A stretch of 63,464 nt of DNA, counting the filler, from Octopus bimaculoides (Eukaryota), in assembly GCF_001194135.2 (NCBI RefSeq). It is 5 parts of 5 records of this genome, joined end to end, with 100 filler letters (N's around TTAATTAATTAA, not from the genome) between each part and the next. Parts side by side here need not be neighbours in the genome. Positions count along the whole stretch, not along the records: positions 1 to 19,893 come from NC_068983.1; positions 19,994 to 33,498 come from NC_069003.1; 3 more parts are not named here. One strand, given 5' to 3'. A program made the position numbers and the translations under genes. This document shows, piece by piece, positions 11,634-23,037 of the stretch. The first letter of the stretch is position 1. Each line of letters starts with the position of its first letter. Below the pieces are notes generated by a model. That model was not told the DNA's origin. It was given only the letters and a program-made list of their open reading frames with translations, and searched no databases.

Positions 11634-12316
11634 GCCTAGGTATATTGTGTATATTTCTTAGCCGTGGTGCTGTCCGGATGCAAAAAAATATTGGAAACAC
11701 CGAATACGAGACTTGACAGAAGTGCAAGAGGAGTTTTACTGAACAAGTTAGAAAGATTTAAATATATTTAGTTGTTCTTAAATGGAATTCGGTGAGAATA
11801 TCGCGGAAATGGAGAAGTCGCTGCAAAGAAGAGCACAAACATGAAGAACAAGACAAACATAAGAAAACCGTTCAGAAAGCAACATGATAATAGGTTAGAA
11901 ATATTGAAACTACTGATAGCATAAAGATCCAGCACAAAACCTCGGACGATGAGTTTTCGAAATTCGAGATCTGATAAAATCAGAAATTTCACTCTATTTT
12001 AAGTATTGAGTAAACTGTCTGATTCTTTTTTTTTTTTGTTTTGTTTTAACATTTTTCATGTTCTAGCGTTGACATATGAATGTGTGTGTCTATGCTAAAA
12101 CGTGTGTTCTATGCGCGCGCGCGTGTGTGTGTTGCAAATAGTAATATTTCACAGGTTTATTATTTTAGTTTTTAGTAAAGAATTTTCACTTTTGCTAATT
12201 CTATACTTTGTTTCCCAATAGTTATTGGAGTTACACACACATGCATACACATACACACTCACATCCAGACTCACGCACACAAACATTCACACATATATAC
12301 ATACATACATTCATAC

Positions 12317-12371
<55 letters not shown>

Positions 12372-12676
12372 NNNNNNNNNNNNNNNNNNNNNNNNNNNNN
12401 NNNNNNNNNNNNNNNNNNNNNNNNNNNNNNNNNNNNNNNNNNNNNNNNNNNNNNNNNNNNNNNNNNNNNNNNNNNNNNNNNNNNNNNNNNNNNNNNNNNN
12501 NNNNNNNNNNNNNNNNNNNNNNNNNNNNNNNNNNNNNNNNNNNNNNNNNNNNNNNNNNNNNNNNNNNNNNNNNNNNNNNNNNNNNNNNNNNNNNNNNNNN
12601 NNNNNNNNNNNNNNNNNNNNNNNNNNNNNNNNNNNNNNNNNNNNNNNNNNNNNNNNNNNNNNNNNNNNNNNNNNNN

Positions 12677-12728
<52 letters not shown>

Positions 12729-13171
12729 TGTAACAGACAATATACCACTAAATTCACTGTTGGAAAACAAAAATATCTCAAAGAAATATGTCAAATTTCA
12801 AATAGATTTATATATATGTCAAATTTTAGACAACTGAAGCGGATTGATACTATAATGACTATGATGGATTAAAAAGTAGTTTTTAAAGTAATAACTAAAG
12901 TTGAAATATATTCTCCTTGTTGAAAATGTAATATACTTCATTCCAAAGAACATAGTAAGAAAAGAATAACATAACTATGAACATCTTTTACAATGAACAG
13001 AACCGACACACAAACAGGATTTTGTCATTTATATCTAGAATAGATAAAATTATGACAGTTGATTGCCAGACGCGTTCAGGCACCAAATTAAATGCATTAC
13101 AGTAGCTAATATTTTCCATGTACTTTCTGAGTTCAAATCGCACCATATGCAAGTTAATGGAAGAAAAACAA

Positions 13172-13328
13172 CTGGCATGGCTGTGTGGTAAGAAGCTTGC
13201 TTCCCAACCACATCGTTCCGGGTTCAATTCCACTGCGTGGCATCATGGACGATTAACTTCCGCTTTAGTCTCGGGCTGACTAAAGGCTTGAGTGGATATG
13301 GTAGACGAAAACTGAAAGACGCCTGCCA
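13172..13328 (+). mobile_element. SINE family A, 5' half
   Basis: GGCATGGCTGTGTGGTAAGAAGCTTGCTTCCCAACCACAT..GGTTCAATTCCACTGCGTGGCA..GAAAACTGAAAGACGCC. Confidence 0.88.
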
Positions 13329-13934
13329 TATATATTTATACATACATATATNNNNNNNNNNNNNNNNNNNNNNNNNNNNNNNNNNNNNNNNNNNNNNNNN
13401 NNNNNNNNNNNNNNNNNNNNNNNNNNNNNNNNNNNNNNNNNNNNNNNNNNNNNNNNNNNATATATATATATATATAACAGATGTGACTTTTGTGTGGAAG
13501 AAATGTACCAAATTTTCACTTCTAAATTTGCTCTTATAAACACCAGACATGAGATGTCCACACAAGATTAAATATACCTTCAAACTATCTAAAGAAAAAT
13601 AACATACCATCTGTAGCAATTATACTAGTTAAAATAAGGATTGGGACAATTAATGATATTCATTCAAATACTACTAATAAATATAATTATAATTATAGCA
13701 ATAATATTAATTAAGAGTGTAAACCCAAAATAAGTGAAATACCTCTGAATATATAATGTACTCCCTACAGTAAAATGTAAACAAAACTGCTACAATTAAC
13801 TGTAATATAAATAAACATTTTAAAACCGCAATTCAACTGTAATACTAGTCAATTTTATTCATTTTCTTCATTCTCTCATTCATATACATATATACATACA
13901 TATATACATACATATATACATGTGTGCATGTGTG

Positions 13935-14150
13935 TGTGTCTTTGTGTCTGTTTGTACCCCTATCATCGCTTGATGACCGATGTTGTTGCGTTTATGTCCC
14001 CGTAATCCAGCGGTTCGGCAAAAGATACTGTTAGAATAAGTACTAGACTTACAAAGAATACGTCCTGGGGTTGATTTCTTCAGCGAAAATCCTTTAAGGC
14101 GGTGCTCCAGCATGGCCGCAGTTGGATGACTGGAACAAGTAAAAGAATAA
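13935..14150 (+). mobile_element. SINE family A, 3' half
   Basis: TGTTTGTACCCC..ATCGCTTGA..GCGGTTCGGCAAAAGA..AGAATAAGTACT..CCTGGGGTTGATTT..GGCGGTGCTCCAGCATGGCCGCAG..GACTGGAACAAGTAAAAGAATAAAAGA. Confidence 0.88.
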
Positions 14151-14303
14151 AAGAACAGATATTACAAAGTAAATTTTTCCTATTATATATGTTGACTGAA
14201 ATAGTGTACATATAACATTTATTTATTTTGTTATTCTCTATATCTTGTATTTCTTGAGTGTTCAAGCAAATCGTGACTGATCAATATTATTAGGCAGAAT
14301 TAA

Positions 14304-14790
14304 GACGGCGAGCTGACAGAATTGTTAGCATGCCGGGTAAGATGCTTAGCGGCATTTCGTCCGACTTTACATTCTGTGTTCAAATTCCGCCGGGATCTAT
14401 AAATTAAGTACAAATGAAACACTGGGTGGGGGGTCGATGTAATCGACTAGCCAGCCTTCCCCTTGATTTCAGGCTTTGTGCCTTTAGCAGAAAGGATTAT
14501 TAGGTAGAATTATTAGCACAGTCGTTTACGCGTCGGACAAAATGCTAAATAGTGTTTCTGCCGGTTCTTTACGTTCTAAGCTCAAATTCCGCCCAGGTCG
14601 ACTTTACCTTTCATCCTTTCGGAATCGATGAAATAATTACCAGTCGATCACTGGGGATGTATCGATGTAATCAACTTTGCCCGCCCCTGAAAATAGCTGG
14701 CCTTGTGCTAAAATTAGAAAGCATTATTGTGCGGGTGATTGGCAGAGTAATTAGAGAAGTGGACAACAGAATTTGCGATATTTTGGCTGA
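14304..14790 (+). mobile_element. Tandem cluster of SINE family B copies (two near-complete, one partial)
   Basis: Repeated GGCGAGCTG.CAGAAT.GTTAGCA..GGTAAGATGCTTAGCGGCATTTCGTCCG..TTCAAATTCCGCC..GGTCGATGTAATCGACT..GGCCTTGTGC. Confidence 0.85.
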
Positions 14791-15200
14791 GTGATAACAA
14801 GTCTCCTTCCCAACCACATGATTCCTGATTCAGTCCCACAGCATTGCATTTTGGACAAGTGTCTTCTGCTATATCCTCGGGCTGACCAAAGCCGTGTCAG
14901 TGTAGACTTGGTAAATAGAAACTGAAAGAAGCCCGACGTGTGTTGTATATGTGTGTGTATGTACGCGCATGCGTGTGTGTGCACGCGCGTATGTGTTTAT
15001 CCCCTATTACTGCTTGACAACTAGTATGGGTGTGTTCACGTCCTGTAACCTACCGGTTCCGCAATAAGGGACCAATAGAATAAGTACCAAACTGAAGAAA
15101 AGAAAATATGTATTTGGAATAATCTCGATTTGTTTGACTAAAATTCTTCAAGCTGGTATCCAAGCATGGCCGCAGTCTATTGACTGAAACAAGTAAAAGG
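14785..15200 (+). mobile_element. SINE family A, full length with internal TG/TA microsatellite
   Basis: Both halves are present around a (TG)-rich linker. Confidence 0.85.
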
Positions 15201-15247
15201 AAACAGATAAATGTATTTACTTTCGAATCTTTAAATTCCTGTTTCAG

Positions 15248-15274
15248 CTTCCGCCCACGTCACTATATAAAAAA
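15248..15274 (+). promoter_or_regulatory. Candidate compact Pol II core promoter: ETS/GC-box, CRE half-site and TATA box
   Basis: CTTCCGCCCACGTCACTATATAAAAAA contains CTTCCG, CCGCCC (15251-15256), ACGTCA (15257-15262) and TATATAAA (15264-15271) in unique sequence. Confidence 0.35.
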
Positions 15275-15794
15275 CGAAAGCACGTCTGGTGTAAACTCTA
15301 GTGCTTTAGGTAATGCCTCCCTACGCTCATTGAATCACAAAGAGAACAACGTAAACCATATCAGCGCACCTTTCCTTCTAAATCGATCTTTAACATGCTT
15401 TCTCTACACAGAATCACCAAGAATCACCAGGAATTGCAACGTGCCATTTACACAATATGCCATTTAGGTTAAAGTTACCGATATTTGATTTTTCAAAGAT
15501 GACGCACTGATGTTCATCCTTGTGAATTTGGATAACAAAAACAAAAAAATTTAGACACAAATAAAAATACCCCGTAAGTTGCCTTTCACATACCTGCCTT
15601 TAGTTCAATAACAGAATTCGCGGATACTGCGTTCTATAAAAATCAATAAGAAATTCTAGAAGAAAAATGCAAGGAAATGTTTGATAAAGCAAGATAATGC
15701 GTGCTAAAGAATTCTGTATAGATTAAGATATTTAAACAAACAAACAATTTTTGAAAAAATAATTTTTCTTACTCTTTTTTATTTATTGATGTAG

Positions 15795-16152
15795 GCACAG
15801 GTTTGGCTATGTGTTTAAGAAGCTGGTTTTTCGACTATGTAGTTTCAGGTTCAGCGCCACTGCATGGCACCTTGGGAAAATGTCTTCTACTATAGTTCTG
15901 GATCCATCAAGGCCTTTTGGGTGGATTTGGTAGACGGAAACTGTGTTTCTGTGTTTGTCCTCCACACTGTCTGATAAACGGTTTTGGTTTGTTCATGTCC
16001 CCGTGACCTAGTGATTCGGCAAACAAACTGATAGAATAAGTACCAGGCTTAAAAAATAAGTACTGTTGGTGATATGCTCGACTGAGCTCTCTTCAAAGCG
16101 GTACCCCAGCGTCACCAGAAACCAATGACTGGAACAAGTAAAAGATAAAAGA
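15795..16152 (+). mobile_element. SINE family A, near full length
   Basis: GGCACAGGTTTGGCTATGTG..GGTTCAGCGCCACTGCATGGCACCTTGGG..GGATTTGGTAGACGGAAACTG..ATAGAATAAGTACCAGGCTT..GACTGGAACAAGTAAAAGATAAAAGATA. Confidence 0.85.
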
Positions 16153-16882
16153 TAGCAAATTACATATTAGCCGATGATGGTTATGCGAATCTTCTATATA
16201 TAAGTTCATATACTCACTAATTACATATATGTGTGTATATGAATTTATAGGCATATGTATAAGTGTTTATATACATCTGTGTGTGCATGCGTGCGTGTGA
16301 GTGTATGTGTGTGTGCGTGTGTATGAATGTGCGTGTGTTTGTGCGTGTGTGCGTTTGTGTTACGACTTTTGTCTCCGGGGAAATGAGTGTTATATCATAT
16401 GGCTATGTTGTATAAAGACAGTAAACAAGAAAACAATAATTATATGTATACACACACACACATGTGCACACACACATGTGCACACACACATAAGCATGTG
16501 TGTGCGCGCGTGTAATTTTTTTGTGTTCTGTCATTGGACTATGCAATTACACTGAGAAACTGCCTTCAAAGGATTTTACTTGGACATACTTACCCCAGAA
16601 TTTATTTCAATTCGGTAGTCTTTTATCAAACACTGTTTAACTGAATCGCAAATTATCTTTTGATGTATAGAAACAATAGTTTACGCAGCTACGTACAAAT
16701 ATAGTACACACACACACACTCACATACACACACACATATACACATACACACACACACACACACACATATATATACATACATATATATATTAAATTCAAAT
16801 TACGACAAACGTAAATAAACAAACGAAGTTTGCTTTTAGAAGCGTTGAGATGTCTTTTAGAAAGTTAAAGAAGTGATTTTAA

Positions 16883-16959
16883 ATTCTCAATCGCAGAATA
16901 AAGCTAATAATATAGCCTTGTTCAGGTTATATTATTAGCATTATTCTGCGATTGAGAAT
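16883..16959. repeat. Near-perfect 36-bp-stem hairpin (inverted repeat, 5-nt loop)
   Basis: ATTCTCAATCGCAGAATAAAGCTAATAATATAGCCT-TGTTC-AGGTTATATTATTAGCATTATTCTGCGATTGAGAAT; one A.A mismatch and one G.T pair. Confidence 0.95.
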
Positions 16960-17249
16960 ACATATATATGTATATATATAACTTGCAAGATGATTAAAAT
17001 CACCAGATACAATGATTTTGTTGCCAGTCGGGAAAAATGTCATTTCTGATATTCTTAAAGAAAAGAGATATAAAGATTCTTCCGTTGAATGGAAAGTTGA
17101 TGCATGAAACAGATGCCCGCAAAATCGGTCGTTCGCATTGGACGGTAACTCATCCGGTTTATCATATTGATTGCAAAGCTAATACTAACCTCTCATTTTT
17201 GACATCTGCCATTTTGCCAATTCTAAAGAAGCGATAACCAAAGAAGTGA

Positions 17250-17875
17250 TAAGTACACCAATCATTATCGGTATAAATGTAAATTTGTAACCCGGATATA
17301 GAAGCTGGAGTTTTCGAAGCAGTTATCCATAATCGTCTTCTTCCTCTATGATTTTCAAAGAGATATTCTCATCAACAGGACAGCTGACCTCTATGACGGT
17401 ACATACTTATTCTTGTCTATCCCAAACAGTAATAACCGGCCTGTTATGCTTACACTTGACAGATATTTTGATGGGGATATTCCACCAGTATTTCTTGTAC
17501 CGATATTTGTGCATATTTATTCTAGGACAGTCTTTATTTCTGATGGCAATGGATATTGTTTTAGCAACAACGTCGTGTCGTATACGGAGGTAGTACCTCG
17601 ATGAAATTTTTGGGCAGTCGCTAATCACTTGCATAATACCTTCCACAGAAAGATGGCATAATTACCAATTTCGGTTGCATATTACAGCTCCAAGGGCTTC
17701 ACTGTTTCATTTGCTTCTTAGGTATTTTGTAGCAATCTCCTGTTCTTGGAATTCAAATGAATAGCCTTCGAAGTGTGATGTGATGTAGCAGTCATGAGTC
17801 CAAGAGAGGCTTCGCTTCTTGTCAATGTTACTGTATTCTTCAAGTTTTCGGGAAACATACCCATGCATAGTCATT
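17250..17875 (-). mobile_element. Decayed R2-superfamily non-LTR retrotransposon fragment (zinc-knuckle to RLE endonuclease region)
   Basis: Minus strand gives ..QVISDCPKISSRYYLRIRHDVVAK..KYWWNIPIKISVKCKHNRPVITVWD..CTVIEVSCPVDENISLKIIEEEDDYG*LLRKLQLLYPGYKFTFIPIMIG, with the RHD, N(R)PD-like, E-V-S-C-P and PI.IG hallmarks; contains stops and frameshifts. Confidence 0.85.
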
Positions 17876-19109
17876 TGTATGTATGTATGTATGTATGTAT
17901 GTATGTATGTAGTTCATAAATGAGATCCAGATGTTCTCCGTATAGAATACACTTTGTAGTGCTCAAAATATTCAAACTTGAACGGGTATAGATGCAAATG
18001 TAGGGATAAGCAAATTAAACAGCTCAATATATAAAGTATATTAAATACATGAAATACAACACATGTGTATATGTATACATATAAAAAGGTCCAACTTGCG
18101 GAGAGTACAAATGATAAACATAGGATGAGACAAGCCTCCGTCTTCGGGGAAGAGATCTTGCATTTGAGATCTTAAAGCAGAGAAGTTCAACGATGAAATG
18201 ATTGAATGTTAAATCTAATTTGCTCATCCCCACATTTACTTCTTTGTATGTATGTATGTATGTATATATGTATGTATGTATCCATGCATGGCCGGGTCAT
18301 CGGCGACTTGAGCAGTCAACGGCAATCCAACAGTATGTGTACATATGTATGTATACATGTATGTACAGGGACATGGATATACCTGAGTTGGTGTCCAGGT
18401 GCGCGGTTAGCCCACCGGGAGTGGAAAGCTCTCTAGAAGGCGGAAAACCTGACAGAAAAACTGCGACCCTGACAATATTCGATGATGTAGACTAGTTCGT
18501 TTTTTTTTTTTTTTAGTTATATAACTTTGGTAAACTTATCTCAAAGATTAATTACGCTTAAGACCGATGATTACCTTCTGCTTGCATTACCAATACAACG
18601 AATTGAAAATATATATATATATANNNNNNNNNNNNNNNNNNNNNNNNNNNNNNNNNNNNNNNNNNNNNNNNNNNNNNNNNNNNNNNNNNNNNNNNNNNNN
18701 NNNNNNNNNNNNNNNNNNNNNNNNNNNNNNNNNNNNNNNNNNNNNNNNNNNNNNNNNNNNNNNNNNNNNNNNNNNNNNNNNNNNNNNNNNNNNNNNNNNN
18801 NNNNNNNNNNNNNNNNNNNNNNNNNNNNNNNNNNNNNNNNNNNNNNNNNNNNNNNNNNNNNNNNNNNNNNNNNNNNNNNNNNNNNNNNNNNNNNNNNNNN
18901 NNNNNNNNNNNNNNNNNNNNNNNNNNNNNNNNNNNNNNNNNNNNNNNNNNNNNNNNNNNNNNNNNNNNNNNNNNNNNNNNNNNNNNNNNNNNNNNNNNNN
19001 NNNNNNNNNNNNNNNNNNNNNNNNNNNNNNNNNNNNNNNNNNNNNNNNNNNNNNNNNNNNNNNNNNNNNNNNNNNNNNNATATATACATATATATATACA
19101 CACACGCAT

Positions 19110-19660
19110 ATATACATACATATATGTACATATCTACATCTACATGTATATATAGATGCATATCCGGGTACAGGACGTCAAAGAAACGTGGACAAAAAAG
19201 GAACGAGAACATAAACAAGGCACAAAAAAAGAAACTTTTTTTACGGACAACAGAATGAACACATAGGAAAACAGACAAGCCACATATGGAACTTTTCCTT
19301 CATCAGCTGCCTCTATTCTAAACTAGGCGTTTCGAAAATGAGGCAGAACGCGCTCTTAGAATAGCTCTTCCCGACAAAGCAGATTAAGTAAAACTTGCTA
19401 TACGGAAGATTCCAAAGTAGCAAACAGAAACCAACACAGAGGAAAACAAGCATTGAGGGCCGTTATGACGAACGAGATGAGATACTGAACGCTGTGATGT
19501 GACGAACTTGAGCAGAGAGAGATAAAAGTTCGTGTCGCTTTTATGCTGACCGAATGGAGAAAGGAAGAACTGATCACAGGTCACGTGTGATCAACGAGGA
19601 GTGGTAGATAGAGGAAAATGGAGTAAGTTGAACATAAGTGAGCGACGAGAGATAAGGAAG
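19110..19660 (-). mobile_element. Penelope-like terminal remnant, second family
   Basis: Reverse complement of the 21280-21445 repeat (TTCGAAACG..AGAATAGAGG.AGCTGATGAAGGAA..TTCC..GTGGCTT..GTCCTGTACCC.GATATGCAT) plus an upstream extension. Confidence 0.55.
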
Positions 19661-19811
19661 CAGAGTTAGAGAGATGTATAGCAGTGAAGGGGGGAAGCAA
19701 GGACAACATATATGTATATATGTTCGTGCATCATAATATATGAATATGTGCATTATAATATATGTATATGATCATATATCTGCGTGTGTTCATCTATCTA
19801 TCTGTCGGTCG

Positions 19812-19859
<48 letters not shown>

Positions 19860-19937
19860 CTCTCTTTATATATATATATATATACATATATATNNNNNNN
19901 NNNNNNNNNNNNNNNNNNNNNNNNNNNNNNNNNNNNN

Positions 19938-19949
19938 TTAATTAATTAA
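19938..19949. other. Artificial assembly spacer 44N-TTAATTAATTAA-44N (also at 33543-33554, 57307-57318, 60367-60378)
   Basis: Identical 12-mer with TAA stops in all six frames, centred in 100-nt gap blocks (44 N each side counted at 19938 and 33543). Confidence 0.9.
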
Positions 19950-19993
19950 NNNNNNNNNNNNNNNNNNNNNNNNNNNNNNNNNNNNNNNNNNNN

Positions 19994-20032
<39 letters not shown>

Positions 20033-20819
20033 CCTCGTATACATATAAGTACATGTAAATATATATGGTTTTCTTTTCAAGATAATAGTCTAATTTGCAT
20101 AATTACTTTTGAAATTAATCATTTTTCTAATCAGTAAATTTTCCCAATGTGTATTGCAATGTTTGGGTATATACAATATTCTTAGATCTTATGTCAGAAT
20201 CTAAGGAGAATGAATTTTATTGCTTCCAATTAAGGGAGAGATAAAAACTTAGAAATCACCATGAGAAAATTACGCGATTCCAATATATTTTGAGACTGAT
20301 TTTCTGCTTAGTTGATGATCGTCGCAAATAAAAGACGCTCTGGGATCCGGAATCGTTTAAATTTGGAGAGAACATTTGCTGGAATCGAAATTCTTGCAAC
20401 GAAAGCATCTTCACACTAAAGTGAAAATATTTACTTCTATAGAACAGAGAAAGATTTCTCACCAACAAGAATGCCCTATTGCAAAAAGATGGTTGTTCCT
20501 TTCTTCAAGATTAGCTGAAATAGTGGTATTATATAAAAAGTTCAATATATATACCAATGTGCTCTGTGTGTGATGAGGGTGTGTGTGGTGTCTGTGTGCG
20601 AGTGTGTGTGTGTGTGTGTGTGTGTGTACGTGTGCGTGCGTGCGTAGATATTATCATTGTTAAACTCATGCTCGCTCTTGATCAGGTCAAAAATGTCCTA
20701 ACTGCGCCCATCACATTCACCAATCAGGCATTGAAATATCTATGACTACATTAACCCCTGTCTGTGCTTTATATTCTAACATACTGGTGTATTATTAGAG
20801 AAAGATCGGCTGCTATTTC

Positions 20820-21235
20820 TGTATTTACATATACACAGATGTATGTACAGTTAGAAATACATATACATATATGTACATACACAAACACACACACACACAC
20901 ACACACACGCACGCACACATATATATATATGCATGCATGTATGTATGTATACATATATATATATATATTTGTATAAACACATATATAAACACGTATATAC
21001 ATGCATATATATACACATATGTATGCATATATATATACATGCATATATATATACATGCATATATATATATATTATGTATATACATATGTATGTGTGTGTA
21101 TTTGTGTGTGTATATATATATATATATTATTTGTATGCATGCATATATATACATATGTATGTATGTGTATATATATATTTATATGTATATTTGTGTATAT
21201 AAATATATGTATGTATATATATTTGTGTGTGTATG

Positions 21236-21270
<35 letters not shown>
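20820..21270. repeat. Long compound TA/CA/TG alternating purine-pyrimidine tract
   Basis: Direct reading. Similar tracts lie at 24730-25250, 32500-33000, 37820-38400, 45690-46200, 46960-47250 and 52720-52980. Confidence 0.95.
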
Positions 21271-21272
<2 letters not shown>

Positions 21273-21279
21273 GTCTTAT

Positions 21280-21445
21280 CTTCGAAACGTCAGGTTGGAA
21301 TAGAGGTAGCTGATGAAGGAATATTCCAAGTGGCTTTCCGTTTTCCTGTGTGTTCGTTCCGTTGTCTGTGGTTCATTGTTCTGGCGTCCTGTACCCTGAT
21401 ATGCATATATATACACATGTAGATGTAAGTATGTACATATGTGTG
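21280..21445 (+). mobile_element. Penelope-like terminal remnant, second family
   Basis: Inverted homolog of 19110-19345; carries GAAACGTC (21284-21291) and CTGATGA (21310-21316). Confidence 0.55.
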
Positions 21446-22139
21446 TATACATGTATATATATTCTTTGTAATATATATAGGGAGAGGGAGAGGGAGGGAG
21501 AGAGGGGGAGACAGACAGACAGACAGACAGACAGACATGTATCCCTAGTGTATATATTTCTTGTTTTCGTGTTCTGATTTTTACGGCATATTGAAATTCA
21601 CCTCCCATAAATAACAATAATAATCTCCAACATATCTCCATATTTCCATATCCTCTTATTTATATTCATTTCTCTTGAAGCTTCGGTAGATATTTCTTAA
21701 TCTTTTTCATTTTTTGTTTCTTTTTCTTTTTCTTTTTTCTTTTTTCTTGGTGGCTTGATTTGTTTTTCTTTTTTTTTTTTTCTTACATCCATTAGAAACG
21801 TGAGGAACATTTTCATATTAAAATTTCCCAAATTGTTTATGAGGCAACAAATATTTGCTTTATTCACTCCGTATTTTTAACATGGCTCAGAATGTTTTTA
21901 AAAAAATAAAGCCGCAGATTCCAACGATTTTATTATATTAGAGTTATCGTAAATCTTGTATTTGTAAATAGAAAACAGGTAAGAGATAAAAAGATAAGAA
22001 ACTGACAGATAGACAGTGACCAAGGAAGAGCTAGGGAGAGATCCGTCTGTGCAGGGAAAAATATGTGCAGAGAGTATCCAGGTAAAACATATAAATGGAT
22101 GTTGGCGGTGGCGAGGGAGATAACTTTCATTAAAAAAAA

Positions 22140-22400
22140 ATGTTTACTTGTTTGTCATTGGACTGCGGCCATGCTGGGTCACCGCCTTTAATATTTACAG
22201 CCGAACGAATCGCCTCCAGTGTATCTTTTATATTTCTAAAGCCTATCCTGTTATTTATTCTATCGGCTTCTTTCGACGAACTGCTATGCTTTTAACACGG
22301 CACCAGTACTGGCAGGGTAATCAAATAACTCAAAAGACAAGGAATTATGAGAGGGGCAGAGCGTTTGTGTCAGAGGATGAAAGTTAGAGTGTGACAAAGA
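22140..22400 (-). mobile_element. SINE family A, 3' half, followed by a diverged ~97-bp tandem repeat (22383-22590)
   Basis: TTTACTTGTTTGTCATTGGACTGCGGCCATGCTGG..CACCGCCTTT..TTATTTATTCTATCGG..CGAACTGCTA; then GTTAGAGTGT.ACA.AGA..CAGAA.CAGG.GTCTTG twice, with a third partial copy. Confidence 0.75.
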
Positions 22401-22593
22401 GACAAAAAGACAGAAGCAGGTGTCTTGCCACAACAGAGGGGGCATTAGAGGAAGTGATCCAGTATTAAATGATGAAAAAGGTTAGAGTGTAACAGAGAAA
22501 TAGAGAGGCAGAAACAGGGGTCTTGTTATAGAGGAGGTACATGGTTACTCAGTGAGAGAGAGATACAGAAAGAGGCCAGAAGCAAGTGTGCGG

Positions 22594-23037
22594 ATACATT
22601 ATTTACATTATTATTGGATGGATATGTGTCCTCATCTGGTTTGTTGTTACCACAACGTTTCGGCTGATTTAGTTTCCAGCCTTCATCAGGCGTCCAGGCA
22701 AAAGGTTAGAGAGTATATCAGCCGAAACGTTGTGGTAACAACAAACAAGATAAGGTACATATCCGTCCAATGTAAATAATGTACAGAATTCCTCCTCTCT
22801 GAAATATAGAACAGTATTATCTAATCGGTACGGAGCCGACATTAGACTTCAATGGAGACATACAGAGAAACTCCATCTGAAACTAGCTCATCTTTCAAGC
22901 TATCTAACCCTCCTGTGTAGATGTAGAGACTCAAAGCTAATACCAGCTGGTTTAAATGTAATGGCACCAGTGGACCTTAGGAATGAGAACCCAGGGGTCT
23001 TCAAAATTCTACTAGGACACCTGATGAAGGCTGGAGG
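22594..23037. mobile_element. Penelope-like insertion with inverted pLTR arrangement (same family as 190-345)
   Basis: 22594-22668 is the reverse complement of 22718-22784; the pLTR 5' part GAATGAGAACCCAGG..GGACACCTGATGAAGGCTGG lies at 22980-23037. Confidence 0.7.
22649..22695 (-). ncRNA. Minimal type I hammerhead ribozyme motif with intact core
   Basis: Minus strand reads GGACGC-CTGATGA-A-GGCTG-gaaactaaat-CAGCC-GAAAC-GTT-GTG: 5-bp stem II and palindromic AACGTT, as in PLE-associated dimeric HHRs. Confidence 0.65.

Noticed and set aside
11661-11890. Exon-like unique sequence with acceptors on both strands
   Set aside because: Every frame after either acceptor stops within about 20-36 codons, without a convincing donor.
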